From contig NZ_OZ060386.1 in NCBI RefSeq assembly GCF_964059055.1, positions 480,001 to 512,000 on the forward strand: DNA of 32,000 nucleotides, given 5' to 3'. This document shows, one piece after another, positions 1 to 12,729 of this stretch (position 1 is its first letter; each line of letters starts with the position of its first letter). The notes below the pieces were generated by a model. That model saw only the letters and a program-made list of their open reading frames with translations. It did not search any database and was not told where the DNA came from. A program made the position numbers and the translations under genes. The stretch comes from Buchnera aphidicola (Neophyllaphis podocarpi) (GTDB taxonomy: Bacteria; Pseudomonadota; Gammaproteobacteria; Enterobacterales; Enterobacteriaceae).

Positions 1-141
1 ACGAACTTTACCTCCAGTTCTAGATTTTTGACCTTTATGACCTCTACCAGAAGTTTTACCAAAACCAGAAGCAATACCTCTACCAACCCTTTTAATTTTT
101 TTTTTAGAACCAGGAGTTGGAGATAAAGTATTTAAATACAT
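1..141 (-). CDS. rplO: 50S ribosomal protein L15, 5' part only (the gene continues beyond the window start)
   Basis: My own translation of the reverse complement from the ATG at 139-141 gives [47 protein letters not shown]. This matches the E. coli L15 N-terminus (MRLNTLSP...[13 protein letters not shown]). It sits at the expected position after rpmD. Confidence 0.95.
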   Translation of the reverse strand, partial: MYLNTLSPTPGSKKKIKRVGRGIASGFGKTSGRGHKGQKSRTGGKVR

Positions 142-142
142 T

Positions 143-328
143 TTATTTACATTCCTCAACTGTTAACATATAACTCACAGAATTTATCATACCACGTATA
201 GAAGGAGTATCTTTTAAATATACAACATGTCCTATATGACGTAAACCTAAACCTATTAAAGTAAGTTTATGCTTAGGAATACGTCCTATCGAACTTTTTA
301 TTTGTGTTAATTTAATTCTTTTTTTCAT
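143..328 (-). CDS. rpmD: 50S ribosomal protein L30
   Basis: The 61-aa ORF aligns over its full length with E. coli L30 (IGRxPKHKxTLxGLGLRxIGH...TPxIRGMIN). It is in spc operon order. Confidence 0.97.
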   Translation of the reverse strand: MKKRIKLTQIKSSIGRIPKHKLTLIGLGLRHIGHVVYLKDTPSIRGMINSVSYMLTVEECK

Positions 329-833
329 CTATATTATCCATTATATCTTCAATAGATTTATTACGTTTTTCTGCTATCATTTTTGGTGACATCATACAAC
401 TTAATCCTTTCATAGTAGCTCTAACTACATTAATAGGATTAGTTGAACCATAAGTTTTTGCTAAAACATTATGTATACCGGAAACTTCTAAGACAGCACG
501 CATAGCTCCACCTGCAATAATTCCGGTACCTTTTGAAGCAGGTTTCATAAAAATATTAGATCCTGTATAAGAACCTTTGATTTCATGTTGCAAAGTACCA
601 TTCTTTAAAGGAATATTTATCATATGTTTCCGCGCTTTCTCCATAGCTTTTTGTATAGCAGCTGGAACTTCACGTGCTTTACCATAACCAAAACCGATTT
701 TACCATGACCATTACCTACTACTGTTAAAGCAGTAAAAGAAAAAACACGACCTCCTTTAACTGTCTTAGAAACACGATTAACAGAAATTAATTTTTCTTT
801 TAAATCATTAAATTGTTTTTCTATATTTGCCAT
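312..833 (-). CDS. rpsE: 30S ribosomal protein S5
   Basis: The 173-aa ORF is near-identical in blocks to E. coli S5 ([23 protein letters not shown], [38 protein letters not shown]). Its 3' end overlaps rpmD by 17 nt. Confidence 0.98.
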   Translation of the reverse strand: MANIEKQFNDLKEKLISVNRVSKTVKGGRVFSFTALTVVGNGHGKIGFGYGKAREVPAAIQKAMEKARKHMINIPLKNGTLQHEIKGSYTGSNIFMKPASKGTGIIAGGAMRAVLEVSGIHNVLAKTYGSTNPINVVRATMKGLSCMMSPKMIAEKRNKSIEDIMDNIDEKKN

Positions 834-844
834 ATTAAAATACC

Positions 845-1207
845 TTAAAAATTGAGACCAAAATCTCTTGCAGTTTGTGCTAAAGCTAAAATTCTACCAT
901 GATATTTAAAACCAGAACGATCAAAAGAAACCTTGTTTATTCCTTTTTCTAATGCACGTAATGCAATATATTTTCCAATAATAGATGCAGCATCTTTATT
1001 TCCAGTATATTTAATAAGATTAGAAATATCTTTTTCTAAAGTAGATGCAGAAACTAGCACATCAGAATTATTAGAAGAAATTATTTGAGCATAAATGTGA
1101 CGTGAAGTACGATGAACTACTAAACGTACAGAATGCAATTTTTTTAACTTACTTTTTGTTTTCATAGCTCTATGTAAACGATAACATTTTTTACTTCTAA
1201 ATTTCAT
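845..1207 (-). CDS. rplR: 50S ribosomal protein L18
   Basis: The ORF matches E. coli L18 (RLVVHRTxRHIYAQ, YTGNKDAA, FDRSGFxYHGR). I moved the start to the ATG at 1205-1207 (MKFRSKK...), which gives 120 aa. It lies just downstream of the rplF stop (1209-1211). The ORF-track start at 1246 lies inside rplF. Confidence 0.93.
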   Translation of the reverse strand: MKFRSKKCYRLHRAMKTKSKLKKLHSVRLVVHRTSRHIYAQIISSNNSDVLVSASTLEKDISNLIKYTGNKDAASIIGKYIALRALEKGINKVSFDRSGFKYHGRILALAQTARDFGLNF

Positions 1208-1208
1208 T

Positions 1209-1748
1209 TTACTTTTTTTTAGCCTCTTTAATACGTATAAATTCATCTGAATAACGAATACCTTTACCTTTATAAGATTCAGGAATACGATAAGAACGTA
1301 AATTAGCAGCTACTTGGCCTAATAATTGTTTATTAGAACTTTTTAATACAATTTCAGTTTGAGAAGGAACATTAGCAAATACACCATCAGGTAATTCATA
1401 ATTTATAGAATGAGAATAACCTAAAGACATGGTAAGCAAACTGTTTTTATTAGATAAAGATACCTTATATCCAACACCAGATAAAAATAATTTTTTTTCA
1501 AAATTAACTTTAATGCCTACAATCATAGAATTTATTATAGAACGAGCAGTTCCTACATGAGACCAAAAATTATCATAACCTAAATTAGTGCTAAAAGATA
1601 ATATGTTATTATTATAAACAATTTTAACTGATTTATGTAATTTATACTTTAATTCTTCACTTTTACTTTTAATAAGTACTAATTGTTTATTTATTTTTAT
1701 TTCTATATCAGTAGGAATAAAAATAGGTAATTTAGCAACACGAGACAT
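1209..1748 (-). CDS. rplF: 50S ribosomal protein L6
   Basis: From MSRVAKLPI... the ORF matches E. coli L6 (MSRVAKAPV...PEPYKGKGVRY...KEAKKK). The start is set at the ATG at 1746-1748. An AGGAGA Shine-Dalgarno complement lies at 1753-1758. Confidence 0.95.
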   Translation of the reverse strand: MSRVAKLPIFIPTDIEIKINKQLVLIKSKSEELKYKLHKSVKIVYNNNILSFSTNLGYDNFWSHVGTARSIINSMIVGIKVNFEKKLFLSGVGYKVSLSNKNSLLTMSLGYSHSINYELPDGVFANVPSQTEIVLKSSNKQLLGQVAANLRSYRIPESYKGKGIRYSDEFIRIKEAKKK

Positions 1749-1759
1749 TTTTTCTCCTA

Positions 1760-2152
1760 TTAAGAAATATAACAAACAACTTCACCGCCAATACCTTGTT
1801 TTCTAGCTTCTCTATCAGTCATAACACCTCTAGAAGTAGAAATTACTGCTATACCCAAGCCTTCTAATACTTTAGGTAATTTATGTTTATTTCTATAAAC
1901 ACGTAAACTAGGACAACTTACACGATTAATATTTTCTATAACAGGTTTATCATTAAAATATTTTAAATATATTTGAATTGATGGTTTCTTTTCACTGGAT
2001 ATTTCGTAATTTTCAATATAACCTTCTGTTTTCAACAAAATGCTAATAGCTAGTTTAAATCTAGAAAAAGGTATGATAACTGAAATTTTATTAGCAAATT
2101 GAGCATTTCGAATACGTGTTAGCATATCAGATATAGGATCTTGCATACTCAT
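1760..2152 (-). CDS. rpsH: 30S ribosomal protein S8
   Basis: The 130-aa ORF starts [18 protein letters not shown], like E. coli S8 ([18 protein letters not shown]). The C-terminal [11 protein letters not shown] also matches. Confidence 0.98.
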   Translation of the reverse strand: MSMQDPISDMLTRIRNAQFANKISVIIPFSRFKLAISILLKTEGYIENYEISSEKKPSIQIYLKYFNDKPVIENINRVSCPSLRVYRNKHKLPKVLEGLGIAVISTSRGVMTDREARKQGIGGEVVCYIS

Positions 2153-2183
2153 AAAATATTACCTCTATATAATTAAAAAATGA

Positions 2184-2489
2184 TTACCAGCTAGCTTTTT
2201 TTAATCCTGGTATTTCTCCTTTCATTGCAGCCTCTCTAACTTTCAATCTACTTAATCCAAATTTTCTTAAAAAAGCATGAGGTCTACCTGTTTGTCTACA
2301 TCTATTTCTTTGACGAGAAGGACTTGAATCTCTAGGAAGTTTTTGCAATTGTAAAACTGCGTTCCACCTTATCTCTTTTGTTTTATTAATATCTAAAATT
2401 ATAGATTTTAATTTCATACGTTTATTAAAAAATTTATTAGATAATTTTACACGTTTTATTTCACGTGATTTCATAGACTGTTTTGCCAT
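2184..2489 (-). CDS. rpsN: 30S ribosomal protein S14
   Basis: From [13 protein letters not shown] the ORF is 101 aa and near-identical to E. coli S14 ([50 protein letters not shown]). The start is trimmed to the ATG at 2487-2489. Confidence 0.96.
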   Translation of the reverse strand: MAKQSMKSREIKRVKLSNKFFNKRMKLKSIILDINKTKEIRWNAVLQLQKLPRDSSPSRQRNRCRQTGRPHAFLRKFGLSRLKVREAAMKGEIPGLKKASW

Positions 2490-2511
2490 ATAATAATTTA
2501 CTCCTAAAATT

Positions 2512-3051
2512 TTAATTACGAAAAGGAAAACCAAATTCTTTTAACAATGTATAAGATTCTTTATATGAATTAGTAGTAGTAGTAATAGTAATATTCATAC
2601 CACGAATACGATCTATTTTATCATAATCTATCTCAGGAAAAATAATTTGTTCACGTATTCCTATACTATAATTACCATATAAATCGAATGATTTAGAAGA
2701 TAAACCTCTAAAATCTCTAATACGAGGTAAAGCTATTTTAATTAAACGATCAAGAAAATCCCATTTTCTTTTTCCTCTTAAAGTAACTTTACATCCTATA
2801 GGATATCCTTGACGTATTTTAAAACTAGCAATAGACTTTCTTGCTTTTGTAATTATAGGTTTTTGACCCGAAATTTTAGATAAATCAAGCATAGCCTTAT
2901 CTAAAACTTTTTTATCACTTGTAGGTAACCCAACACCCATATTTAATGTTACTTTTTCAATTGTAGGAACTTGCATAATAGAACTATAACTAAATTTAGA
3001 TACGAAATTTTTTATTACTGTAGATTTATAATAACTATAAAGATTTTCCAT
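2512..3051 (-). CDS. rplE: 50S ribosomal protein L5
   Basis: The 179-aa ORF matches E. coli L5 ([32 protein letters not shown], [15 protein letters not shown], [13 protein letters not shown]). Confidence 0.98.
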   Translation of the reverse strand: MENLYSYYKSTVIKNFVSKFSYSSIMQVPTIEKVTLNMGVGLPTSDKKVLDKAMLDLSKISGQKPIITKARKSIASFKIRQGYPIGCKVTLRGKRKWDFLDRLIKIALPRIRDFRGLSSKSFDLYGNYSIGIREQIIFPEIDYDKIDRIRGMNITITTTTNSYKESYTLLKEFGFPFRN

Positions 3052-3066
3052 AAAAAATACTCTTTA

Positions 3067-3381
3067 TTATTTAATAATTTTATTATTAGATTTAAAAAAA
3101 CGAACTTTTTTACCGTTTTCAAATCTAAAACCTATACGATCAGACTTTTGTGATTCATCATTAAAAATTGCAACATTAGAAATATCTATACTAGCTTCTT
3201 TTATGAAAATTCCACCTTGTTTATTCTGTGAAGGATTAGATTTTTGATGCTTTTTAACTAAATTTATACCTTCAACAATAATTTTTTTAGAAGATAAAAT
3301 AACCTTAACAATACCAACCTTTTTTTTATCTTTTCCAGTTAAAATAATAACTTTATCATTACGACGAATTTTAAATGACAT
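3067..3381 (-). CDS. rplX: 50S ribosomal protein L24
   Basis: The 104-aa ORF matches E. coli L24 (KIRRxDxVIxLTGKDK, [19 protein letters not shown], [18 protein letters not shown]). Confidence 0.97.
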   Translation of the reverse strand: MSFKIRRNDKVIILTGKDKKKVGIVKVILSSKKIIVEGINLVKKHQKSNPSQNKQGGIFIKEASIDISNVAIFNDESQKSDRIGFRFENGKKVRFFKSNNKIIK

Positions 3382-3398
3382 AATATATACCTTTACAT

Positions 3399-3770
3399 TT
3401 AAACTACTTCAGGAGCCAAGGAAATTATTTTCATAAATTTTTCTATTCTTAATTCTCTTGTAACAGGTCCAAAAATACGAGTTCCTATAGGTTGTTCATT
3501 AGTATTATTTAAGATTACACAAGCATTGCTGTCAAAACGTATCACAGATCCATCAGAACGACGTATACCTTTTCTAGTACGTACTATTACAGCTTTCAGT
3601 ACATCGCCTTTTTTTACTTTACCTCTAGGTATAGCTTCTTTAATAGCAACTTTTATAATATCTCCTATTCTAGCATAGCGACGTCTAGATCCACCTAAAA
3701 CTTTTATACACATTGCTTTACGAGCACCTGAATTATCAGCTATATATAAAATAGTCTGTTCTTGAATCAT
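3399..3770 (-). CDS. rplN: 50S ribosomal protein L14
   Basis: The 123-aa ORF begins MIQEQTxLxxADNSGAR and ends ...LAPEVV, the canonical L14 pattern. It is the first gene of the spc operon. Confidence 0.98.
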   Translation of the reverse strand: MIQEQTILYIADNSGARKAMCIKVLGGSRRRYARIGDIIKVAIKEAIPRGKVKKGDVLKAVIVRTRKGIRRSDGSVIRFDSNACVILNNTNEQPIGTRIFGPVTRELRIEKFMKIISLAPEVV

Positions 3771-3807
3771 AAAATGAGCCTTAATAAAATTAAAATCGTT
3801 AAAATAA

Positions 3808-3865
3808 AATAAAAAATAAATAGAACAAACAATTAAAATATAAAAATAAATATTTGTTTGTTCTA
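3808..3865 (-). terminator. Putative rho-independent terminator at the end of the S10 operon
   Basis: There is a perfect 12-bp stem: tagaacaaacaa at 3821-3832 pairs with ttgtttgttcta at 3854-3865, around a 21-nt loop. It starts 9 nt downstream of the rpsQ stop. On the minus strand it is followed by a T-rich run (tttattttttattttatttt). The loop is long and the stem is AT-rich. Confidence 0.5.
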
Positions 3866-3873
3866 AAATATTT

Positions 3874-4128
3874 TTAAAAAATTGATTTTTCTAAAATTCG
3901 AACTAAAGTCCATGATTTAGTTTTAGAAATTGGTCGACATTCACAAATTTCAATTTTATCACCAATAGAACATTCATTATTTTTATCATGAATATGAATT
4001 TTAGTAGTTCTCTTTACAAATTTTTTATAAATTGGATGTTTAATAAAACGTAAAATAGAAACAACAGCTGATTTATGCATTTTATTACTAATAACTATTC
4101 CATTTAAAGTACGTTTATTTACAATCAT
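3874..4128 (-). CDS. rpsQ: 30S ribosomal protein S17
   Basis: From [10 protein letters not shown] the ORF is 84 aa and colinear with E. coli S17 (MTDKIRTLQG...KHPIYxKFxKRTTKxHxHDxNNEC...[14 protein letters not shown]). The ORF-track start at 4146 is a TTG inside rpmC, so the ATG at 4126-4128 is preferred. Confidence 0.93.
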   Translation of the reverse strand: MIVNKRTLNGIVISNKMHKSAVVSILRFIKHPIYKKFVKRTTKIHIHDKNNECSIGDKIEICECRPISKTKSWTLVRILEKSIF

Positions 4129-4318
4129 TTTTAACGCCTTTTTCAACTAATATAGTCTTAACTCTTGCAATATTGCGCCTTACTTTTTTTAATAAATGAA
4201 ATTTTTGCAATTTACCAGATGAAAATTGTATATTCAAGTTAAATTGCTCTCTTAATAAACTAATTAATTCTTTAAATAAGTCTTCAATTTTACTTTCTCT
4301 CATTTCTTTTAGTAGCAT
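4115..4318 (-). CDS. rpmC: 50S ribosomal protein L29
   Basis: The 67-aa ORF matches E. coli L29 (LLREQFNL, HLLKxVRRxxARVKTxLxEK). Its 3' end overlaps rpsQ by 14 nt. Confidence 0.95.
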   Translation of the reverse strand: MLLKEMRESKIEDLFKELISLLREQFNLNIQFSSGKLQKFHLLKKVRRNIARVKTILVEKGVKNDCK

Positions 4319-4324
4319 AATAAA

Positions 4325-4729
4325 TCACCATTTCTTTAAAAAAATAGTTTTAATAGGTAATTTAGAGGATGCTAGTTTGAAGGCTTCTTTGGATTCTTCT
4401 TCAGATACTCCATCTATTTCGTATAATATTTTACCTGGTTTAACCATGGCAACCCAATATTCAACATTACCCTTTCCTTTTCCCATTCTAACTTCTAAAG
4501 GTTTTTGAGTTATAGGCTTATCAGGAAATATACGAACCCATATTTTACCTTGTCTTTTAACAGCTCTAGCAATTACTCGTCTTGCTGATTCTATTTGACG
4601 AGCTGTAATACGACCTCTAGTAATAGCTTGAAGACCAAATGAACCAAAAACAAGCTCTGAATTAATAAAAATACCTCGATTACGACCCTTGTGCATTTTT
4701 CGATATTTAGTTTGTTTAGGTTGTAACAT
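4325..4729 (-). CDS. rplP: 50S ribosomal protein L16
   Basis: From [19 protein letters not shown] the ORF is 134 aa and matches E. coli L16 ([19 protein letters not shown]...[13 protein letters not shown]). The start is trimmed to the ATG at 4727-4729, directly after the rpsC stop at 4731-4733. Confidence 0.96.
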   Translation of the reverse strand: MLQPKQTKYRKMHKGRNRGIFINSELVFGSFGLQAITRGRITARQIESARRVIARAVKRQGKIWVRIFPDKPITQKPLEVRMGKGKGNVEYWVAMVKPGKILYEIDGVSEEESKEAFKLASSKLPIKTIFLKKW

Positions 4730-4730
4730 A

Positions 4731-5456
4731 TTAAGTATTCTCCTTCCTATATTTCCTATAATGCCTACGATTAGGTTTTTTAGGTTTAATAGCAAGTTTT
4801 TTTTCTGATTCTTTTACAGTAGTCATACCACCTAATATTTCACCTTTAAATATCCAAACTTTAACTCCTATAACTCCATAAGTAGTATGAGCTTCTGAAA
4901 AATTATATTCAATATCAGCCCTTAAAGTATGCAAAGGTACTCTACCTTCTCTATACCATTCTCTACGAGCTATTTCAGCTCCTCCTAAACGACCACTAAT
5001 TTCTACTTTTATTCCTTTTGCTCCTTGACGCATAGCATTTTGTACAGCTCTCTTCATTGCACGACGAAACATAATACGTCTTTCTAGTTGAGAAGTAATA
5101 TTATCAGCAACTAATTTAGCATCTAATTCAGGTTTTCTTATTTCTGAAATATTTACTTGAGCTGGAACTCCTGTAATACGAGAAATATTAATTCTTAATT
5201 TCTCTACATCTTCTCCTTTTTTACCAATAACAATACCTGGTCTAGCTGTATATATAGTAACTTTAATACTTTTTGAAGGTCTTTCAATTATAATACGAGA
5301 TATAGATGCTTTAAACAATTCTTTCATTAAAAAATTACGAACTCTAAAATCACTATCTAAATTATTAGCAAAATCTTTACTATTAGAAAACCAAATAGAA
5401 TTCCAAGATTTGATAATACCAAGTCTCATACCATTAGGATGAACTTTTTGACCCAT
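4731..5456 (-). CDS. rpsC: 30S ribosomal protein S3
   Basis: The 241-aa ORF starts [14 protein letters not shown]. Long blocks are identical to E. coli S3 ([50 protein letters not shown]). Confidence 0.98.
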   Translation of the reverse strand: MGQKVHPNGMRLGIIKSWNSIWFSNSKDFANNLDSDFRVRNFLMKELFKASISRIIIERPSKSIKVTIYTARPGIVIGKKGEDVEKLRINISRITGVPAQVNISEIRKPELDAKLVADNITSQLERRIMFRRAMKRAVQNAMRQGAKGIKVEISGRLGGAEIARREWYREGRVPLHTLRADIEYNFSEAHTTYGVIGVKVWIFKGEILGGMTTVKESEKKLAIKPKKPNRRHYRKYRKENT

Positions 5457-5478
5457 TATTATTTATTCTCCATAATTA

Positions 5479-5811
5479 TTACGTATTAGAAACAAATATA
5501 GTAATATGACTAGTGCGTTTTAAAATACGATCTGATCTACCTTTAGCTCTTGGCATTGTACGTTTCATAACAGGACCTTCATCTATTAAAATTTTTGATA
5601 TTTTTAATAAGTCTGCATCTATACCATAATTATGTTCAGCATTAGCTATAGCAGATTCTAAAACTTTTTTTACAAATTTTGATGCTTTTTTATTTGTATA
5701 AGTCAAAATATCTAATGCACGTAATGCTTTTTTTCCTTTAATTAAATTAGCTACTAATCTAACTTTTTGAGCAGACGAACGTGCTCTACAATGTTGAGCA
5801 AAAGTTTCCAT
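5479..5811 (-). CDS. rplV: 50S ribosomal protein L22
   Basis: The [21 protein letters not shown]... ORF is colinear with E. coli L22 ([21 protein letters not shown]...). The ORF-track start at 5817 is a TTG two codons upstream, so the ATG at 5809-5811 is preferred. Confidence 0.95.
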   Translation of the reverse strand: METFAQHCRARSSAQKVRLVANLIKGKKALRALDILTYTNKKASKFVKKVLESAIANAEHNYGIDADLLKISKILIDEGPVMKRTMPRAKGRSDRILKRTSHITIFVSNT

Positions 5812-5820
5812 ATTCAATTT

Positions 5821-6105
5821 TTACCTTACAATTTTTTTTACTTTTTTATCAGAAACATGACCTTTATATGTGCGTGTAGTTGCAAATTCACCTAATTTAT
5901 GACCAACCATTTCATCAGTAATAAATATTGGTATATGATGACGACCATTATGAACTAATATATTCAAACCTACCATATTAGGAAATATAGTTGATCTACG
6001 AGACCATGTTTTAATAGGTTTTTTATCTCTATTTTTTATAGATTTTAAAACTTTATTAAATAAACTAACATCAATAAAAGGACCTTTTTTAAGAGAACGA
6101 GGCAT
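5821..6105 (-). CDS. rpsS: 30S ribosomal protein S19
   Basis: The 94-aa ORF reads [12 protein letters not shown]...[15 protein letters not shown]...[17 protein letters not shown], as in E. coli S19. Confidence 0.98.
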   Translation of the reverse strand: MPRSLKKGPFIDVSLFNKVLKSIKNRDKKPIKTWSRRSTIFPNMVGLNILVHNGRHHIPIFITDEMVGHKLGEFATTRTYKGHVSDKKVKKIVR

Positions 6106-6126
6106 ATTTTGATATCCTTAATAAAA

Positions 6127-6951
6127 TTATTTTACATTACGATGACGCAAGATAAATTTTTCAGTTCTCTTATTATTACGAGTTTTTTTACCTTTTGTCT
6201 GTAAGCCCCATGGAGTTACTGGATGTTTCCCAAAATTTCTACCTTCTCCACCACCATGAGGATGATCTACTGGATTCATAGCTGTTCCACGAACCGTAGG
6301 ACGAATACCCCTCCATCTAGAAGAGCCCGCTTTACCTAGAACTCTTAACATATGTTTGGAATTACCAACTTCTCCTATTGTAGCTCTACAATTAGATAGA
6401 ATCTTTCTCATTTCTCCAGAACGCAATCTAACAGTTGCATAAAAATTATCGCATGCAATAATTTGAACACTACTACCAGCAGAACGAGCAATTTGACCGC
6501 CTTTACCAGGCTTCATTTCAACATTATGGACTATTGTACCAACTGGAATAAATTTTATAGGCAAAGAATTACCTATTTTAATTGGAGAATTTATACCAGA
6601 TAAAATTTGAGATCCTATTTTTATATTTTTAGGAGCAAGAATATAACTACGTGATCCATCTTTATACAATAATAAAGCTATATTAGAAGATCTATTAGGA
6701 TCATATTCTAATCTCTCTACAATAGCACTAATATTATCCTTACAACGTTTAAAATCTATAATTCTATATTTTTTTTTATGACCACCACCAATATGTCTAG
6801 TAGTAATACGACCATTATTATTTCTACCACCAGTTTTATTGCATTTTTGTAAAAGATAAGAAATAGGTTTTCCTTTATAAAGATTTTTATTAACTAATTT
6901 AACTAAATGTCTACGACCAGGAGAAGTAGGTTTACATTTTACAATTGCCAT
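6127..6951 (-). CDS. rplB: 50S ribosomal protein L2
   Basis: The 274-aa ORF starts [15 protein letters not shown] and contains [17 protein letters not shown], the canonical L2 motif. Confidence 0.98.
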   Translation of the reverse strand: MAIVKCKPTSPGRRHLVKLVNKNLYKGKPISYLLQKCNKTGGRNNNGRITTRHIGGGHKKKYRIIDFKRCKDNISAIVERLEYDPNRSSNIALLLYKDGSRSYILAPKNIKIGSQILSGINSPIKIGNSLPIKFIPVGTIVHNVEMKPGKGGQIARSAGSSVQIIACDNFYATVRLRSGEMRKILSNCRATIGEVGNSKHMLRVLGKAGSSRWRGIRPTVRGTAMNPVDHPHGGGEGRNFGKHPVTPWGLQTKGKKTRNNKRTEKFILRHRNVK

Positions 6952-6975
6952 TATTAAATTCCTGTAATTTTACTA

Positions 6976-7275
6976 TCAAGAATTACCAATAAAATCTAAA
7001 TTTTGACCAATTTTTAAAGTAACATAAGCTTTTTTCCAATTACTTTTTTTTATATTACGATTACCTTGTTTTTTTATTTTTCCTTTAGATAAAATAGTAT
7101 TTACATTTTTTACATCTACATCAAATATCTTTTTAATTGCATGTTTTATTTGAACTTTTGTTGAATTTTTATTTACTTTTAGTACAAAAGTGTTTGAATT
7201 ATCTTTAATTGTAGATGTTTTTTCAGATATATGAGCACCTTTTAATACTTTTAATAATAGTTCTTCATAAATCAT
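6976..7275 (-). CDS. rplW: 50S ribosomal protein L23
   Basis: The 99-aa ORF is colinear with E. coli L23 (LLKVLxxxHxSEK, [16 protein letters not shown]). Its ATG overlaps the rplD TGA (ATGA at 7272-7275). Confidence 0.95.
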   Translation of the reverse strand: MIYEELLLKVLKGAHISEKTSTIKDNSNTFVLKVNKNSTKVQIKHAIKKIFDVDVKNVNTILSKGKIKKQGNRNIKKSNWKKAYVTLKIGQNLDFIGNS

Positions 7276-7877
7276 TCCAAAATCTCCTCTAAGCTTCTCA
7301 ATGCCTCAACAGTAATAATAATTTTTTTGCAAGAAATTAACATCAATGGATTAATTGAATTTACTTGACATATGTTTATATTATATAAATTACGAGAAGC
7401 AAGAAATATATTCCTATCATATTTATAAGTAATTATTAAAATTCTATTAAAAGATATTTTTTTTACCTTTTCTAATAATAATTTTGTTTTAGGATAATCT
7501 ATTTTAAAAGAGTTAAAAATTAATAATCTATTTTTACGAAGTAATTCAGAAAAGATACTTTTTAAAGAACCTTTATACATTTTTTTATTAACTTTTTGAC
7601 TATAATCTCTAGGTTTAGCAGCAAAAGTAACCCCTCCAGAACGCCATATAGGACTACTAAAAGATCCTGCACGAGCTCTTCCAGTACCTTTTTGCCTCCA
7701 GGGTTTTCTTCCTGATCCTTTCACTTCAGCACGATTTTTTTGAGCTTTACTACCCTGTCTAGATTTAGCTCGATACGCAACTGTTATTTGATGTATCAAT
7801 GATTTATTATATTCATAAGTAAAAATATCAGAAGAAATATGTATTAATTCTTTAGAATCATATAATTCTAATTCCAT
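7272..7877 (-). CDS. rplD: 50S ribosomal protein L4
   Basis: The 201-aa ORF contains the L4 motif block [19 protein letters not shown]...SPIWRxGGVTFA. It is in S10 operon order. Confidence 0.97.
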   Translation of the reverse strand: MELELYDSKELIHISSDIFTYEYNKSLIHQITVAYRAKSRQGSKAQKNRAEVKGSGRKPWRQKGTGRARAGSFSSPIWRSGGVTFAAKPRDYSQKVNKKMYKGSLKSIFSELLRKNRLLIFNSFKIDYPKTKLLLEKVKKISFNRILIITYKYDRNIFLASRNLYNINICQVNSINPLMLISCKKIIITVEALRSLEEILE

Positions 7878-8518
7878 AAAACACCTCTTATATCTTTAAT
7901 AGCAGGTTTAATAATGACATTAGAACCAGAAAATCCAGGAACAGCACCTTTTATAAGAATTAAATTATTTGTTAGATCAATTTTTACAATTTTCAAATTT
8001 TGTACTGTTACACGAACATTACCTAAGTGACCAGCCATTTTTTTACCTTTAAAAACTCTGCCAGGAGTTTGATTTTGACCTATAGATCCTGGAACTCTAT
8101 GAGATAAAGAATTTCCATGAGTGGCATCTTGAGTATGAAAATTCCAACGTTTTACAGTACCAGCAAAACCTTTACCTTTAGAAGTACCAGTTACATCAAC
8201 TTTCTTAAAGTTAACAAAATTTTTTAAATTAATAACTTGTCCTAAAATAAACTTTTTACTATTAGAAATTCTAAATTCCCACAATCCTCTACCTGCAATT
8301 ACATTAGATTTAATAAAATGCCCAGAAATAGATTTATTTAAAGAACCAGGTTTACATGTTCCAGTTGTTACTTGAATAGCACAATAATTATCTGTTTCTA
8401 AGCGTTTTATTTGAGTAATACGATTCTCTGTAACTTCAATTACTGTTATTGGAATAGAATTACCTTCTTTAGTAAACATACGAGTCATACCGATTTTTTT
8501 ACCAACTAAACCAATCAT
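7868..8518 (-). CDS. rplC: 50S ribosomal protein L3
   Basis: The 216-aa ORF starts [16 protein letters not shown] and contains [49 protein letters not shown], as in E. coli L3. A short C-terminal extension overlaps rplD by 10 nt. Confidence 0.98.
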   Translation of the reverse strand: MIGLVGKKIGMTRMFTKEGNSIPITVIEVTENRITQIKRLETDNYCAIQVTTGTCKPGSLNKSISGHFIKSNVIAGRGLWEFRISNSKKFILGQVINLKNFVNFKKVDVTGTSKGKGFAGTVKRWNFHTQDATHGNSLSHRVPGSIGQNQTPGRVFKGKKMAGHLGNVRVTVQNLKIVKIDLTNNLILIKGAVPGFSGSNVIIKPAIKDIRGVLWN

Positions 8519-8562
8519 TTTGTTTTCATACCTTGTTATTTTATTACTTATATTAAAAATAA

Positions 8563-9296
<734 letters not shown>

Positions 9297-9341
9297 AATT
9301 GGTCATATAAATAGCAATAATAGCTATTTTATTGACCAATT
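9297..9341 (-). terminator. Putative rho-independent terminator of the str operon (downstream of tufA)
   Basis: An imperfect hairpin starts 28 nt past the tufA stop. The outer arms aattggtca (9297-9305) and tgaccaatt (9333-9341) pair. The inner arms aaatagc (9309-9315) and gctattt (9323-9329) also pair. On the minus strand it is followed by gTTTTaTT. Confidence 0.5.
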
Positions 9342-9368
9342 TTAATAATTTAAAAATTTTTTTTAATA

Positions 9369-10553
9369 CTAACTAAAAACTTTAATAACAACGCCAGCTC
9401 CAACTGTACGACCACCTTCTCTTATAGCAAAACGTAAACCATCTGCCATAGCAATAGGATGTATTAAATTTACAATCATTTTAATATTATCTCCAGGCAT
9501 TACCATTTCAATTCCTTCAGGTAATTCAACGGATCCAGTAACATCAGTAGTACGAAAATAAAATTGAGGTTTATATCCTTTAAAAAAAGGAGTGTGACGA
9601 CCACCTTCTTCTTTAGATAAAACATAAACTTCAGATTCAAATTTAGTATAAGGTGTAATAGTTCCAGGTTTAGCTAATACCTGTCCTCTTTCAATATCAT
9701 CTCTTTTAACACCTCGCAATAAAATACCAACATTTTCCCCTGCCCTTCCTTCATCTAAGAGTTTTCTAAACATCTCAACTCCTGTACAAATAGTTTTATT
9801 AGTAGGTTTAATACCAACTATTTCTACTTCTTCTCCTACTTTTATTACACCTTTTTCAACTCTTCCAGTAACTACCGTACCTCTACCAGATATAGAAAAT
9901 ACATCTTCTATAGGTAATAAAAAAGGTTTATCTATAGCACGTTTAGGTTCAGGAATATAATTATCTAAATGATTAGCTAAGTCAATAATTTTATCTTCCC
10001 ATTCTTTAACTCCTTCCAAGGCTTTTAGAGCAGATCCTCTAATGATAGGAGTTTCATCCCCAGGAAAATCATACTGAGTTAATAAATCTCTTACTTCCAT
10101 TTCAACTAATTCTAATAATTCTTCATCATCTACCATATCGCATTTATTTAAAAAAACTATAATAAAAGGAACTCCAACTTGACGGCCTAAAAGAATATGT
10201 TCTCTAGTTTGAGGCATAGGACCATCTGTTGCTGCTACAACTAAAATAGCACCATCCATTTGTGCAGCACCTGTAATCATATTTTTAATATAATCAGCAT
10301 GACCAGGACAATCAACATGAGCATAATGTCTATTACCTGTATCATACTCTACATGAGAAGTATTAATAGTAATTCCTCTAGATTTTTCTTCAGGAGCATT
10401 ATCTATCTGATCAAAAGCAAAAGCTGCACCTCCATATCTTTTTGATAAAACAGTTGTAATAGCAGATGTTAAAGTAGTTTTTCCATGATCTACATGACCA
10501 ATTGTTCCAACATTTATATGAGGTTTTAATCTATTAAATTTTTCTTTAGACAT
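9369..10553 (-). CDS. tufA: Elongation factor Tu
   Basis: The 394-aa ORF contains [18 protein letters not shown] and NKCD GTPase motifs. It is highly similar to E. coli EF-Tu throughout and follows fusA. Confidence 0.99.
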   Translation of the reverse strand: MSKEKFNRLKPHINVGTIGHVDHGKTTLTSAITTVLSKRYGGAAFAFDQIDNAPEEKSRGITINTSHVEYDTGNRHYAHVDCPGHADYIKNMITGAAQMDGAILVVAATDGPMPQTREHILLGRQVGVPFIIVFLNKCDMVDDEELLELVEMEVRDLLTQYDFPGDETPIIRGSALKALEGVKEWEDKIIDLANHLDNYIPEPKRAIDKPFLLPIEDVFSISGRGTVVTGRVEKGVIKVGEEVEIVGIKPTNKTICTGVEMFRKLLDEGRAGENVGILLRGVKRDDIERGQVLAKPGTITPYTKFESEVYVLSKEEGGRHTPFFKGYKPQFYFRTTDVTGSVELPEGIEMVMPGDNIKMIVNLIHPIAMADGLRFAIREGGRTVGAGVVIKVFS

Positions 10554-10620
10554 AATATATTATATCCTTTAAATTAGATAATTTATAAAATTATTGCAAA
10601 AACATAAAAAATTATAAAAT

Positions 10621-12729
10621 TCATTTACATCTTGATTCAGTAATAATCTTAGAAATATGATTTGGCGCTTCTAAATATTTTAAAAATTCCATGGAATATG
10701 ACGCTCTACCTTGAGTTTGAGAACGTAAATCAGTAGCATATCCAAACATTTCAGACAAAGGAACTCTAGCTTTAATAATTTTACCTAAAGAATTATCGAA
10801 CATACCTTCTATAATTCCTCTACGACGATTTAAATCACCTATAACTTCGCCCATATAATCTGAAGGAGTTTCGATTTCTACTTTCATAATAGGTTCTAAA
10901 ATAATAGGTTTTGCTTTTTTAAAACCACTTTTAAAAGCTATAGCTGCAGCCATTTTAAACGCAAGCTCAGAAGAATCAACATCATGGTAAGAACCAAAAT
11001 ACAAACGTACTCCTAAATTAACTACAGGATATCCTGCTAAAGGACCAGAATTTAACTGTTCTTTTATACCTTTTTCTATAGCAGGTATATACTCGCTGGG
11101 AATAGATCCTCCTTTTATATCATTTATAAAAGTATAGTTAGATTGATTATCTTTAATAGGAAATAAATCAATGAGTACATGACCATATTGACCTCGTCCA
11201 CCTGATTGTTTTATATACTTACCTTCTATTCCTTTTATATTTACACTAATAGTTTCTCTATATGCAACTTGAGGTTGTCCTATATTAGCTTCTACACTAA
11301 ATTCTCTTTTCATACGATCAACAATTATTTCAAGATGTAATTCACCCATTCCGGCTATAATAGTCTGATTAGACTCTTCATCAGTCCAAACTTTAAAAGA
11401 AGGATCTTCCTTAGCTAATCTTCCTAAGGCTAAACCCATTTTTTCTTGATCTATTTTAGTTTTAGGTTCTACAGCTATAGAGATTACAGGTTCAGGAAAT
11501 TCCATACGTTCCAAAATTATTAAATTATTTGGATCGCACAAAGTATCTCCAGTTGTTACATTTTTTAATCCTATAGCTGCAGCTATATCTCCAGCATATA
11601 CTTCTTTAATTTCTTCTCTTTTATTAGCATGCATTTGTACAATTCTACCAAAACGCTCTCTTTGAGATTTAGTAGCATTTATTACAGAATCTCCAGATTT
11701 AACAATTCCAGAATATACTCTAAAGAAAGTTAGATTTCCTACAAAAGAATCAGTTGCTATCTTAAAAGCTAATGCAGAAAATGGCTCTTTATCACTTGAC
11801 TTTCTAATTATAATAGAATCTTTATTATTTTTTAAAGTACCTTTTATAGATTCTACGTCAGAAGGAGAAGGTAAATATTCAACTATAGCATCTAATAAAG
11901 TTTGAACTCCTTTATTTTTAAAAGCTGAACCACATGTAACTAAAATAATTTCATTATTTAATGATCTTTTACGTAAAGATTCTTTAATTTCTATTTCTGA
12001 AAGTATATTAGTATTTAAATATTTTTCCATTAATTCTTCATTAGTTTCTGCTGCATATTCAATTAAATTATTATGCCATTTTTTAGATATTTCAATCATA
12101 TCATCTGGTATTGTTGTATAATTAAATGTAATACCTTTATCACTATCACACCAATTAATAGCTTTCATTTTAATTAGATCTATAACACCTACAAATTTTT
12201 CTTCTGAACCTATTGGTATCTGTAAGGGAACTGGAGTAATCATTAATCTTGTTTCTATCTGTTTTATTACCTTAAAAAAATCAGCTCCCATTCTATCCAT
12301 TTTATTAATAAAAGCAATTCTAGGCACTTTATATTTGTTAGCCTGACGCCATACAGTTTCAGATTGAGGTTGAACTCCTCCAACAGCACAATAAATCATC
12401 ACTACACCATCTAATACTCTCATAGATCTTTCAACTTCTATGGTAAAATCTACATGACCAGGAGTATCAATAATATTTATTTTATGAGGTAAAAATTGTT
12501 GAGCCATTCCAGACCAAAAAGCAGTAGTTGAAGCGGAAGTTATGGTAATTCCTCTTTCTTGTTCTTGTTCCATCCAATCCATAGTAGCAGTACCATCATG
12601 AACTTCACCAATTTTATGATTTATTCCTGTATAAAATAAAATTCTTTCAGTAGTAGTAGTTTTACCTGCATCTATATGAGCGCTAATTCCTATATTGCGA
12701 TATTGATTAATAGGTGTTGTTCTAGCCAT
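10621..12729 (-). CDS. fusA: Elongation factor G
   Basis: The 702-aa ORF contains [23 protein letters not shown] and NKMDR motifs. It is colinear with E. coli EF-G and in str operon order. Confidence 0.99.
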   Translation of the reverse strand: MARTTPINQYRNIGISAHIDAGKTTTTERILFYTGINHKIGEVHDGTATMDWMEQEQERGITITSASTTAFWSGMAQQFLPHKINIIDTPGHVDFTIEVERSMRVLDGVVMIYCAVGGVQPQSETVWRQANKYKVPRIAFINKMDRMGADFFKVIKQIETRLMITPVPLQIPIGSEEKFVGVIDLIKMKAINWCDSDKGITFNYTTIPDDMIEISKKWHNNLIEYAAETNEELMEKYLNTNILSEIEIKESLRKRSLNNEIILVTCGSAFKNKGVQTLLDAIVEYLPSPSDVESIKGTLKNNKDSIIIRKSSDKEPFSALAFKIATDSFVGNLTFFRVYSGIVKSGDSVINATKSQRERFGRIVQMHANKREEIKEVYAGDIAAAIGLKNVTTGDTLCDPNNLIILERMEFPEPVISIAVEPKTKIDQEKMGLALGRLAKEDPSFKVWTDEESNQTIIAGMGELHLEIIVDRMKREFSVEANIGQPQVAYRETISVNIKGIEGKYIKQSGGRGQYGHVLIDLFPIKDNQSNYTFINDIKGGSIPSEYIPAIEKGIKEQLNSGPLAGYPVVNLGVRLYFGSYHDVDSSELAFKMAAAIAFKSGFKKAKPIILEPIMKVEIETPSDYMGEVIGDLNRRRGIIEGMFDNSLGKIIKARVPLSEMFGYATDLRSQTQGRASYSMEFLKYLEAPNHISKIITESRCK

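Noticed and set aside
2971-3153. 60-aa plus-strand ORF
   Set aside because: It lies antisense across the rplE/rplX junction, has an I/F/K/N-rich low-complexity translation, and shows no homology that I recognise. It is a shadow ORF opposite highly conserved genes.
7272-7275. Possibility of an alternative genetic code (TGA = Trp), as in some tiny AT-rich genomes
   Set aside because: TGA terminates rplD at exactly the position expected from homology (the ATGA overlap with rplW). Conserved Trp positions (for example in ansA, dnaB and hemW) are TGG. Standard code 11 fits all genes.
10260-10445. 61-aa plus-strand ORF inside tufA
   Set aside because: It lies antisense to the most conserved part of EF-Tu. 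It is a typical shadow ORF.
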